Below, in pieces: positions 12,821-24,823 of a stretch of DNA of 64,000 nucleotides. Below the pieces are notes generated by a model. That model did not search any database and was not told the origin of the DNA. It saw only the letters and a list, made by a program, of their open reading frames with translations. The position numbers and the translations under genes are program-made. Numbering within the stretch: position 1 is the stretch's first letter; each line of letters begins with the position of its first letter. The stretch is from the human T2T-CHM13v2.0 reference genome, Homo sapiens, in the NCBI RefSeq assembly GCF_009914755.1, contig NC_060947.1; one strand, written 5' to 3'.

Positions 12821-15206
12821 CAGGAATATCTTGGAAATCTTGTGGGTTTGGATTGAGACCACTGCAATAAAGCAAACATCACAATAAAGTCACACAAATG
12901 TTTTGGTTTCCTAGTGTATACACAAGTAATGTTTACACTATGCTGTAGTCTAACACGTATACAATAACAATTTGTCTGAGAAAACAATGTGCATACCTTA
13001 ATTTAAAAACACTTTACTGGTAAAAATTGCTAAGATCATCTGAGCCTTCAGCAACTCATAGTATTTTTGCTGGTGGATGGTCTTGCCTCAACGTGGAAGG
13101 CTGCTGACTGATCAGAGTGGTGGTTGTTGAAGGCTGGACTGGCTGTGGCAATTTCTCAGAATAAGACAACAATGAAGTTTGCTGCGTGAACTGACTCTTC
13201 CTCTCAGGAAATATTTCTCTGTAGCAGGCAATGCTGTTTCATGGCGTTTTACCTACAGTAGAATTTCTTTAAAAATTGGAGGCAATCCTCTCAAACCCTG
13301 CTGCTGCTTTATCAGCTAAGTTTATGGAACATCCTAAAGCTTTTGTTGTCATTTCAACAATGTTCACAGCATCTTCACCAGGAGTAGATTGCATGTCAAA
13401 AACAATTTTCTTTGCCCTTCCACAATGCACTCCTCATAGATTCAAGTTTTATCATGAGATTGCAGCAATTCAGTAACATCTTCAGGCTTCACTTCCAATT
13501 TCACTTCTCTTTCTATTTCCACCACATCTACAGTTACTTCCTCCATTGAATTCTTGAACTCCTCAAAGTCATCTATGATGGTTGGAATTAATTTCTTCCA
13601 AACTCCTGTTATTGCTGATATTCTGACCTCTGCCCATGAATCCTGAATGTTCTTAATGGCACCGATAATGGTGAACTTTTTCTAGATTTTCCGTTTACTT
13701 TGCCAAGATTCATCAGAGGAACCACTATCTGTGGCAGGTATGACCTTACAAAATGTATTTCTCCAATAATAAAGACTTCAAAGTCAAAGTTACTCCTTGA
13801 TCCATGGGCTGCAGAATGGATGTTGTGTTAGCAGGCATGAAAACAACATGAATCTCCTTATACACCTCCATCAGAGCTCTTGGGTGACTATGTGCACTGT
13901 CAATGAGAAGTAATATTTGAAAGGAATCTGTTTTTCTGAGCAATAGGTCTCAGCAGTGGGCTTAAATTATTCAGTAAGCCATGCTGTAAACAGATGTGCT
14001 ATCATCGAAGCTTTGTTGTTCATTTATAAAGCACAAGCAGAGTAGAATTAGCATAATTTTTGAGGGCAATAGAATTTTTAGAATGAGCGTTGACTTTAAC
14101 CTAAAGTCTCCAGCTGCATTAGCCCCTAACAAGAGAGTCAGCCTGCCCTTTGTAGCTTTGAAGCTAGGAATTGTGTCCTCCGTTCTAGCTATGAAAATCT
14201 TAGATGGCATCTTCTAAAATGAAATAGAAGGCTGTTTTGTCTACAGTGAAAATCTGTTGTTTAGCTTAGCCACCTTCATCATCTTAGATCTTAGCTTGAT
14301 CTTCTGGATAACTTGCTATAGCACTTGCTGCTTCTCCTTGCACTTTATGGAGATGGCTTCTTTCCTTAAACCTTATGAAGCAATCTCTGCTAACTTCAAA
14401 CTTTTCTTCTGTAGCTTCTTCACCTTTCTGAGCTTCTTCACCACCAGAGCTTTCTCACCTTCCTCACCTCCAGAGCCTTGTTCTGGATTAGGCTTTGACT
14501 TAAGAGAATGATGTGATTACTTTGATATTTTATGCAGAGTACTCAAACTTTCTCCATATCAGCAATAAGTCTGTTTCACATTCTTATCATTTGTTTGTTC
14601 ACTGGAGTAGCCCTCCTAATTTCCTTTGAGAACTTCTCCTTTGCCTTCACAACTTGGCTGTTTGGCACAAGAGGCTTAGCTTTCAGCCCACTTTGGCTTT
14701 TGACATGTCTTCCTCACAAAGCTCAATCACTTCTAGCTTTTGATTTGAAGTGAGAGACACACAATTCTTCCTTTCATTTGAAAACTTAGAGGCCACTGCA
14801 GGGTTATTAATTGGCTTAATTTCAATATTCCTGTGTCTCAAGGAATAAGGAGCCTGAAAGAGAGGAAGTGGGTAGGAGGGAAATGGCCAGAATACACACA
14901 ACTTTGATCAGTTAGGTTTGTATTCTTATATGGGTGAAGTTCATGGGGTCCCAAAACAATTACAATAGTAACATCAGAGATCACTGATCACAGTTCACCA
15001 TAACAGGTAAAATAATAATGAAGAAGTTTGAAATATTGTGAGACTATCCAAAATATGACACAGAGACATGAAATAAGTACATGCTATTGGAAAAATGGTG
15101 CCGATTGACTTTCTGGATGCAGGGTTGTCACAAAACTTCATTATGTAAAAATTGTGTTATTTGCAAAGTGCAATAAAGAAGCACAATAAAATGAGGAATG
15201 TCAGTG
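12821..15206 (-). mobile_element. Tigger1 DNA transposon (TcMar/pogo), near full length, transposase disrupted
   Basis: TIR remnants caggaatatc (after TA at 12819-20) and aataaaatgaggaatgtcagtg(ta). Transposase fragments: 14683..14901 (SLTSNQKLEVIELCEEDMSKA, HTH), 13971..14210 (RLTLLLGANAAGDF), 13746..13943 (LLLIDSA..HP...[19 protein letters not shown] region). Confidence 0.95.
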
Positions 15207-15329
15207 TAAAGTGAGACAATTCCCAAGGGATATAAAGACAAAAATTCATGTCCTCAGGGAACTTGCATAGTGGTGGGGAGGAGAGGAAAGTAAGCAGAAA
15301 CTTGGTATCATGACTCCTCAAGCAATTCT

Positions 15330-16510
15330 CTCTTCACCTGATACTCTTTCCCAGATAAGCTTGTCTGTGACTTTAACATCTATATTCTGACTGCTTTCAG
15401 TGTACATCCTTCCACGCGAACTCCCCCTCTGATCTCCACGGAGGTACTGAACTGCGTATCAATTGCATGTTTCACAGACATCTCAAACTCAGCATGTCCA
15501 AAATTGAATTCAGAATTGACCCAAACCTGATCAGCTCCAAATGTTCTTCAATACAAATAATGATACACCATCCCCTCCTCACAACACACACTCAGTTGTG
15601 CAAGTCCCAAGTTTGGGAGTGTTCTCGACATCCTTTTTTGTTTTCGTCCTCAATCTTTATCTCTTCTCAACATTAGAGTCCTGTTGATTTTACTTTCTCA
15701 ATATTTTACAAATCTTTCCACTCCTCTCCATCTTGATCGCTATCCAAATCTAAGCCCACAGCCATAACAAATGCTACCAAACTAGCTGCCCCATATTTAT
15801 TCCAATCTATCTTTTATCTATTTACACACTTTACATCAAAAGTGACATTTTAATAGTAGAAATATAATCACATACCACCTATGGAAATGACATCTCATTT
15901 TCCACAGGGGAAAATAAAATTCTGAATAATACCAATATCCCTGGATTTCCTAGCCCCTGTCTGCCTCACTACTCCCATCTCACACCGATGTCTCTCTCTA
16001 TGACTCCATTATCCTGGCCTGTTTATTTTTTTTTTCTTTCTTTCTCTTTTTTTTTTTTTTTTTTTTCGTAGAGACAGGGTCTTGCTATGTTGCTCAGGCT
16101 GGTCTTGAACTCCTGGCCATCCTTCCACCTCAGACTCGCAAAACGCCAGTATTGCAGGCATAAGCCACTGCACCCAGCCAGCTCCTGATATGTCAGGGCT
16201 GTTCTCATACCTGAAATGCTCTCCCAGTTCTGTTTTGTCTCAGTTCAAACATCATACCCAAAGGAAGCCACTTCTGCATTTCCACTAGATATAAGTTTCT
16301 TTTCCCACTCCTCTCACAGTAACTTAGAATAATTATTAAATATGCGATCGTGATTAGTTTATTTAACTGTGACCTCTGTTGACCATAAGTCTGTAAGAAC
16401 AGAGAGAAGGTATTTTCTTTTGTGCTATATTCCCGCTGCCTAGTATGGGATCTGATACAAGGAAGGCACTCAATAAAAGTGTGCTTAATTAATTCATTAA
16501 ATAAACACAT
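15330..16510 (+). mobile_element. LINE-2 3' part, interrupted by an Alu monomer
   Basis: acatctcaaactcagcatgtccaaaattgaa motif; ends aggcactcaataaaagtgtgcttaattaattcattaa. Confidence 0.8.
16022..16179 (-). mobile_element. FLAM_C-like Alu left monomer
   Basis: T-rich tail then gtagagacagggtcttgctatgttgctcaggctggtcttgaactcctgg...cacccagcc. Confidence 0.85.
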
Positions 16511-16639
16511 GATGCAGTATGGACATATTAGAGAGAGATCCAAACACACTTGGGGCATCAAAAATGTATTCCCTGATAACATACCTGAGCTTCTTTAGGG
16601 TGGTTCAGTAAATATTAGCCCTCAAAAATATGATGGTTG

Positions 16640-16810
16640 GAAAATATACCTGAAACACTTGTTATAAGTAAGATATTGTGATAAATATCTTACATGCACT
16701 ATCCCATTTTACATTTGAAGAATCTGAAGTTGGAGCACAAGGAAACTGAAGAACGGCCCAAAGTGGCAGAGTCAGAATTGAGATCCAGATAGTGCGACTT
16801 CAGAGGCCTG
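16640..16810 (-). mobile_element. MIR fragment
   Basis: atcccattttacatttgaagaatctgaag...gtggcagagtcagaattg. Confidence 0.55.
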
Positions 16811-18936
16811 GGGACATCATAACTGTAAACGTATCCCTGTAAAACACAAGAATTTTAAAAATCAATAGTAGCTTATCATAAAATTACTATTATTATAGTA
16901 ACCTATAATAAAATGTAGCAATGCCATATCTCTGGTTTTGGGCCCTATTCTACCAGATACCAGAAGCATATTTATAGTCATTGGAACTACAGCAAAGCGA
17001 GGATTTGATTTGCCTTAGCAGTTTATGGTGATACCAATGTGTAGCCAGAGCCTGGGTGACGATGCCAGGATTAGGTAGGTCTGATTGTCTGAAGTGAATC
17101 ACCCTATAACTGAGCTGCTGGGAAGAGGGACTCTGCTCATGAGGCAAGCAACTGGGTGAGGTTCTCTATCTATTCCTAGAGTGAGTAGCATTGTAGGTGA
17201 CAGTAAGCCTCAGCTTCCTAGCTCTCATCAAGAAAATAATGTCAAACAAAATCACATTGGAAGACATTCATTAACTGGGTTGGTTCTTTGGAAGGAACAG
17301 GATTCTCTCCTGGGAAAAGAGACACAGTGAGGATCTGCAGCCATCTTCAGGACCAAGAAAGCAATATAAGAAAGCTAAAATGATGGAAGCTCTGCTTTGC
17401 TTTTAGTTTTTCCCCGTAGTTAATTTTCCTGGAAAATTTCTTTGGAATATCAAAGGATCCAGAGATTGGAGGAAACAGTCTGTACAATATTCACTCGGAT
17501 ATTGCATAAACAGTATTTGCATTTTCTAAGACGCCCCATGCCCTGCTTACCAAGTTTAGAAGCAAAGAACACCCTCCATGTGTCCTGTCTTTAAATTTTT
17601 TCCAACACATCTAATTCTGCTACTGTTTCCTGACACACTGGACAGTGATTCCTTAAGTCAGTTCTCTCTACTCCACCTCCGCAAGTTAAATAACTCCTGT
17701 CAGCCAATATTGATTTTGGAGATGTCAGGGGAGGAGTTCTGACTTTAACTGTCCATGAGATTGTGTCAGTCCTTTCTGAAACACTGGCCTGATAGTAGGT
17801 GGGTAATAATCCAGTTACAATATTACTGGATGTGGTTTTAACACAAAGCCTTTGAAAGACATTTGGCAAAGACTAACTCTTTCTGTAAAGCTCAACTGGA
17901 AATAAAGCAAAATTCACTCCTCCTATAGCCTTGATCACTCCTGGGTCATTACAATTTCTGTTACTTTAAAGGATATCCTTTCCCTGCATTCCTATGGTCA
18001 GTATACCAAAAAAAAAAGAAAAAGTTACTTTTCTTCATAACTTAGAACCCATGAAGATGGGAAAAATTTATCAAAACAGGTTCATATGTTGCAGTGAGAT
18101 GGTTCTTAAACTGATTCCACTCCAGGAGTGATCTCTAGACCTAAATGAGTTAGTATTATCTGAGCGCTTGACAACAGTAGCTTTAAAACCTGTTTTATTT
18201 CTCTTTGCTAGCCATTGTCTGAGAATGCTAGTAGCCCTGTGTTGTCAATTTAGTGTCAAATATTTTGAGTCTCTCCTGGAAAAAATCAAGAATAGAATTC
18301 ATGCTCTTATCTATAGAAAACAGGTGGTGACACTGACGTTCCTAGACTGGTTTTCTTTTCTTTTTTTCTTTCTTTTTTTTTTTCCTGGACTTGTATTCTT
18401 TTCACTTTCTCCTGACATTGCATCTCTGTTTCTCCTTTTCTGTAGACTAGAGTCCAAGCAAACCTCAATACTCTTGCATATCTGAATTTGTCCTCTGATA
18501 TAATTTACATGGCAGGAAGACCGAAGATGTAGAGAAAATGGTACATGGATCAGGGCTGCCCTTACTGCTTTACTCCAGGACTGCCATGTATGGCCATTCA
18601 GCACGTGCACTGCACAAAGGCACCAAGCCCCGCTGATGAGGAGAGATGAAATCCAGGCTGCACTCCTCTTGCCAAGCCATGCACCCAGCAGGCAATTGCA
18701 TTCTCCCAGAGGAAAAGGTGCCTTTTTCTCCACAACAAGGCAAAGGCAACTACAGTGTACCAAGCCAGATGCCAGTGGGATTGCTTTAGACAAGAGGGAT
18801 GCCTTACTCTAACTCACACAAGAGTATTCTACGGACTAGTAGGATCTTGCTCAATTCCTAACAGCAGACCACCAATAGCACTATCTAGTAGCTTACGGCA
18901 CACTCACAATCCCAGCTGATACATGATGTAAGCTGC

Positions 18937-19510
18937 TGTCTTAGGTCAGGTTCTGCAGAGGCAAAGCCTGAGACTGAGATTCCTGCTTAAGTGTAGGGAC
19001 CAACTAACTGTTCTTGTTGTCCTAGGACCAAGGGATTTCCCAGGGTGTGGTAATTTCAGCGCGAAAGCCAGGAAAGTTCTGGGCAAACCAGGATGATTTG
19101 ATCACCTACCAAGTGATATGGTGAAGGAGTGTTTTCAGCGAAAAAAAGGAAGTAAAGGAAGCAACACAGGGCACAGTAAGAAAGCTAAGCAAGGAAGTGG
19201 TCTCGGCTGGAGGCTCGTTTCAATATGGTCCATGGGGGACTCTGAAGACACAAACTGGTTAGCCCACCCTGTGGTAAGAGAGCCAATTTTTATAACTTTG
19301 TGTCAGCCCATCATTGGTCATTAGCTGTCCCTGGGGGATGGAAGATATATAACTTCCTGAACGAAGCTCCCTTTTGGCAGAAACCAGTGACTACAGTTCT
19401 ATAGAGAAGAGGGCAGCTGTAGACCATTAGCAGCCAATACGCTGAGCATCTGGGGGATGGGTGCAGCATCACGGTGAAAGGAATATGTGTGCGACTCAGC
19501 ATCCACTACA
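18937..19510 (-). mobile_element. ERVL solo LTR (LTR16-like), interrupted by MER81
   Basis: Starts tgtcttaggtcaggttc...gcctgagac and ends cagcatccactaca (TG...CA termini). Confidence 0.65.
18994..19108 (-). mobile_element. MER81-like hAT-Blackjack MITE
   Basis: tagggaccaac...gggcaaaccaggatgatttgatcaccta; aagtg repeated in both flanks (degenerate TSD). Confidence 0.7.
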
Positions 19511-19858
19511 ACCCGTTATTATACATACAGTGTTTGCCTAACTATGATCCAGGGAGAGCGCTAGAGAATAATACAGCATCCGTGTCACATAGTGCCAAAG
19601 AAAAAGAAGGCTTTGGAAAAGCAGGTAATTTTTAAGGAACAGATTGGGGTAAGAACATCATCCATGGCAGCATAACGCCGACATTCTTTCATGGAGAAAG
19701 CATGGTGATAGCAGCTCCCACAAGATCACAATTCTCTGCGCCACCCCTGTTGTATCTCCCCTGGTGTTTTCTGTCTACAGATCAAAGCAGGAAGTGTTCA
19801 TGATGCTCTCCCAGTGTCTTGAAAAGCCCCAAAATAGCATCCTTACCAGTATCTCAGA

Positions 19859-19960
19859 CAGGGAGTCTGACTCATCCTGGTTTGCCTGGGAGTTTCCCGG
19901 TTTTAGCAGAGAAAAATCTCACATCCAAGGAAACCCCCCAGTCGTGAACTGGTGACCCAG
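19859..19960 (+). mobile_element. MER81-like hAT-Blackjack MITE
   Basis: catcctggtttgcctgggagtttcccggttttagca...ggaaacccccca...tggtgaccc. Confidence 0.7.
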
Positions 19961-20919
19961 ATGGAGGATTTCTATCCCCTAGATGGCCTCTAAGGTGAAA
20001 AAGTCAACTGATTGCACTAAACGAACTTGGAATTCTTTAGGTATTTTAGTACAAATTCATGCTGCGTGCCAAGCAAACTTTAGCTGCTGGAGAGGAGAGT
20101 AAAAAGAGAAAACTACAGATAAGTAAGACAGGAAACATAGGGCAATGCTTCCAAACTGGGAAGTTCGTACTTTGTGGAGCAGGGAAGAAGTGAGAGATCA
20201 TTGGAAGACTGAGTGGTGGCTGACATGCCTGGAGATGCACTTTAAGGAGATTAATCTGAGGGTAGTATATAAAGTGTGGGAGAACAGAGAAGTCCAAAAT
20301 TCAATGAAGTATGAGCTATTATTTCTCTGCGTGGCTTTTGTCTAGTGGACTGGAACAAGTATTAGTCACATCTTCTTTCTCTTGGTCTCGCTCTGATCTG
20401 ATCTTGGAAATTCCAGTTACATCCAAGAAGCTGAATGTTTGCTTAATATAACTCTAGAAGTCTGCATAAGAAATTTGAGAAAAAACTAATTTACTCTAGG
20501 GAGAGCTGGATGGCTTGGAGAGTAGTGGGGCAGAGAGATGATTCCTCACATTCCCTTTGGAACTTTTGAATTTCGAGCTATGTAAATATATTATCAACTC
20601 ACAAGTCATTAATACAACTTAAATTAAATAAGAAATAATACACAAGAAGGTAGAAACAAAGAAAGACCCAGGATTAATCAGTATGAGCTACATTTTAGAA
20701 TTCTGTATTCAATTTTCCAGAGCTGAATTGACCAATTTTGGGTCTAACTGAATTCCATTTATGTATATTAATCACCAAATAACTGATGGATTTAATTTAA
20801 TTTTGTAAGTAATGTCAATGTGAAATTACTTATAGTCATTCTTCTGCTAATTTTTCCTGTGTGAAACAAACAAAACAAATTAAAACACACACATACACAC
20901 AAGCAGAAGCAAAAGTCCA

Positions 20920-21130
20920 ATTTAAGCAGCATGATGTGGTAGAAGGCACATGTGCTTGGGAGTAGGTCAACTGGGTTCAAATCCTAATTGTCACTTATTA
21001 GCTATGAGCTCTTTGGGCAGGTTAGTTAACCTAATTGAGCCCATTTATAAGTGATAATAATATCTGCCTCAAAGGGCCACTGTAGGAATTAAATGAGAAT
21101 CTATATGTGAAAGTTCATGAAAAGAGGAAA
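20920..21130 (+). mobile_element. MIR
   Basis: ctgggttcaaatccta...cacttattagctatg...aggaattaaatgaga. Confidence 0.8.
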
Positions 21131-21259
21131 ATTTCCCTTCCTCTGCCAGAGCATCTGGTACAATGCTCTACACCCAGATGGTGATAAATAAACATGAGCT
21201 GAGTCATAAAATAAATGCCAACATATGATTAATTGTTTGATTATAATTAATTTGGCATC

Positions 21260-21770
21260 AATAACATAGTGTATTATTTAAAAAATCAAACTCGGATTTA
21301 GGATATCTGGATTCTGGCCCCAACGTTCTTTGACCTTAAATGAGTTACTTAAACTCTTTGGTATTGAATTCCTTCCCCTGGCATGCTTTTCCTTCAAAAT
21401 CCACATGGCTCACTCTCCAACATCCTTCATACCTTTACTGAGGAAATTTAGTGAGAACTTCCCAGAACACCTATTTAAATTCACAAACCCTCTCTTCCCT
21501 GAAACTCTAAATTACTTATCATTATCTACCATGCTATTTATTTTACTTGTTTGCTTAGTATTTATTTCACTGCCCCCTTTATAATATAAACCTCATGAAA
21601 GCAGGTATTGTTGTTTACTGTGTGCGTGGCTCGATATTAAACATCTAGAACAGTGCTCAACATATGAGAGGTATTACAATTTTGTTAAATGAATGAGTGA
21701 ATGTGTAAGTGTGTAAATTAAGGGGCTAGGGTAAGAGAGCTCTACAGTCCTTTCCAGTTCTGAAATTTCA
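21260..21770 (+). mobile_element. MIR3-like element split by an L2 3' fragment (~21375-21705)
   Basis: MIR 5' half ends ...ttacttaaactctttgg; L2 ends aatgaatgagtgaatg; MIR3 3' half tgtaaattaaggggctagg...cctttccagttctgaaattt. Confidence 0.6.
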
Positions 21771-22789
21771 TGGTAAAGGCTTTAAATGACTATTTTGCTC
21801 CAATTTTAAGTTATCTTTAAGATTTTTCGTTAGAAAAAGCTAACTTTAGTATAATGACATTTCCCGTGATAAAAAATTAAAAGACTGAATCGTGTCTTTT
21901 AGTAGCATCATATTTAATTGGCATAGGAATTTAATTCTTGGAAAATTTCAGAAACACTGAAAAGCATGAGAAAAGAAGCAAACAAAATAACCTAATGCGA
22001 TGATTAAATTATGAAAGTAAGAAATTTTTCAGGTACTCTTCAAAAATCTAGCAAACGTTAATTTAATTGTTTTCTTAGGAATTGTTTATTTTGATGAATT
22101 CATATTCAAATTTTAACATGTTACATAATAGGTAAAAGCTTAAACTTTGACAACAAAATCACCAGGTATACTTACAGACTTTGCAGGGTAAGATTTAAAC
22201 ATTCTCTTTTTGAATTCTTTGTTTTGCCTTCTAAACTTTAGTTTGCTTATTTGGAATCCTTATTTCAGGAATTGTAGTCAATTTTCAAGTTTCAAGTTAC
22301 AGTAAATAGGAGTGACTTAAATTGAGTCTTATCAGAAATATACTGGGAAGCAACTTCTCTCTTCCTAACTAGCAAAGTTGTGTATTGTGCTTTGTGTGTT
22401 CATCTTGGAAAGCTAGGTCAGTGAAAAGTCATTTATTGGGCTACAAGACAGAAGGCTTGTGATCTAATCCGATATCTACCAATGTCTCAATATATGATCT
22501 TGATTGTGCCCCACAGCCTCTCTCATTTCTAATTCTTTAACTGAAATATATAGAGTGAATATTGTAGAGCCTGGCCTTCATTAGGTATTCATCGCCTGGC
22601 TATCTGTCAGTGACAGAGGCTGTGCCATTGTCTCACTTAACTTTCCCCTTGGAGTCCTTATAGACCCCTGACATTCTATGTAGTTTTAACTCAAAAAAAT
22701 AAAAAAAGGAAAACATGGTTGATCCTAGTTTGAGATTCCGCAGCTAATTAAGCACAACAGTAATACAGACAATAAGTCACAATTTCAAC

Positions 22790-23235
22790 TGTATATATTT
22801 GCCCCCGATGGCAGAAAAAGTTGTATGTATCCATGAGGCCACTTCATTTTTTCCTGGGTTTACAGAAAGACAACATGTTCCTATCACTCTTGCACCTAGA
22901 TGAAGCCATGTGACCAGTTCTGTCCAGTGGATTGTGGGTCAGGTTATATACCCTCATTTGGATGCTATGTCCTTAAAATCTTCCATGAGATCTTCTAAGC
23001 TCTCTTCTTTTGTCATCTGACTGGATACAGAGGCTGCAGTGGAGGATTCCAAAGCTAATCAATAAGAAGGAAGGTATCTCAATCCTAGAGTCACTGCTTA
23101 GAGAGAATTTGCCCAAAAGAACTTTTTAGCCAGAAATAACTGCTCTGAAGTTTGAATTAGCAAGAACTGAACTTATTAAGCCTCTGAAATTTGGAGTAGG
23201 TTCTTATAGAAGTTAGACCTATTCTAAATAATATA
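22790..23235 (+). mobile_element. MLT1 (MLT1I/J-like) solo LTR
   Basis: gccatgtgaccagttctgtccagtgga...ttaagcctctgaaatttggag. Confidence 0.65.
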
Positions 23236-24823
23236 CTCACCTCCATTCTGCAATTAACTACCAAATAATTCTTTTGCCTTGTTTGGTTTCCTTTCTAAAT
23301 GCATACACTGGATGATAATTCAAGTTCATAGCAGCAACTGATTTGACCATCTAATCATATTTTGAAATGGTTAGATTTGGAGCATTGCAGAAACGTGCCC
23401 TGAAATTTATCTCCAGGATTCACATTCCTACACTGCTACACCTTTGGAGCTGAACAGAAAAAAATAAAGATTAAAGAGCTACTTCACATAATTACAAATA
23501 ATGTCTCATATTTCATCCAGAGGCACATAGGCAAGTATTTTAAATGTAGATTCACTAGGTCGGCTTACCACTTTACATATAACTTTGAAAATGAAAAGTT
23601 AGTGTGCCCCTAGTAATGTGAATGCTTCTAAATTGTGTATCACCTCTGGGCTAAGGTCAAGTGTATGTAGTTAAGCCTCAAAGAAGAAATTTCCATAAAA
23701 TTATGAGAAACTGAAAATTGTGATTTACAATAGAGGCCCAGATAAACTTGAATTGTGGCTTTTCACTTCTTCTGGAGAAAGAGAAAATACTCCTTGATAG
23801 TTAGAGGAAAATGTGTGCTTCGCTCCTAAGGAATTGAAGCATGGGCTTATTTATTTAACTAGTATTATTATGTTTTCTTACTACAAAATAAGAATGGTTT
23901 TTAGAAGTGTGCTGTTTTTTCTCCAGATATTTTGGGATTTTCCAGTTATCTTTCTGTTATTTATTTCTAGTTTAATTCCACTGTGGTCTGAGAGTGTACT
24001 TCTATGTTTTCTATTCTTTTAAATCTGTTAGGATGTGTTTTATGACAGAGATTGTGGTCTATCTTGGTGAATGTTCCATGTTAGCTTAAGAAAAGCATGT
24101 ATTCTGCTGTTGTTGGATGGAGTAGTCTATAAATATCAGTTACATCCAGTTGATTGATGGTGCTGTTCAGTTCAATTATATCCTTACTGATTTTCCACCT
24201 GCTGGATCTGTCAATTACTGAAAGAGGAGTGCTGAAGTCTCCAACTATAATAATGAATTTGTTGATATCTCCTTGTAGTTCTTCCAGGTTTTGCCTCATG
24301 TATTTTGATGTTATGTGGTTAGGTGCATTCACATTAAGGATTGTTGTGTCTTCTTGGAGAATTGACTCCTTTATCCATATATAATGCCCCTCTTTATCTC
24401 TGAACATTTTTCTTGCTCTGAAAACTGTTGTGTCTGAAATTAATACAGCTTCTCCAGCTTTCTTTTGATTAGTGTTAACATGGTATATCTTTATCCATCC
24501 AGAAACTTCTAATTTATCTGTGCCTTAATATGTAAAATAGATTTCTTATAGACAACATTTAGTTGGATCTTTTGTAAAATCCATTTTAATAGTCTCTATC
24601 TTTTAATTGCTATATTCAGACTATTACAATTTAAAGTGATTATTTATATAGATTAATATCTACAATATTTTTCCTCATTTTCCTTTTTGTCCTTGTTCTT
24701 TGTTCCTCTTATTTTGTGTTCCACTCTTTTTCTGTGTTTTTGGGTTTTAATTGAGCATTCCATATTATTTCTTTCTTCTTGCAGAGTGTCAACTATACTT
24801 TTTTTTAAATTTTAGTTAGTGGT

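Noticed and set aside
18311-18793. 160-aa ORF, the longest in the track
   Set aside because: Non-ATG start, runs through a low-complexity A-rich tract, no recognisable domain.
22603-22617. Palindrome tctgtca-g-tgacaga, and the short hairpin at 4821-4849
   Set aside because: 7-bp arms are expected by chance in 64 kb.
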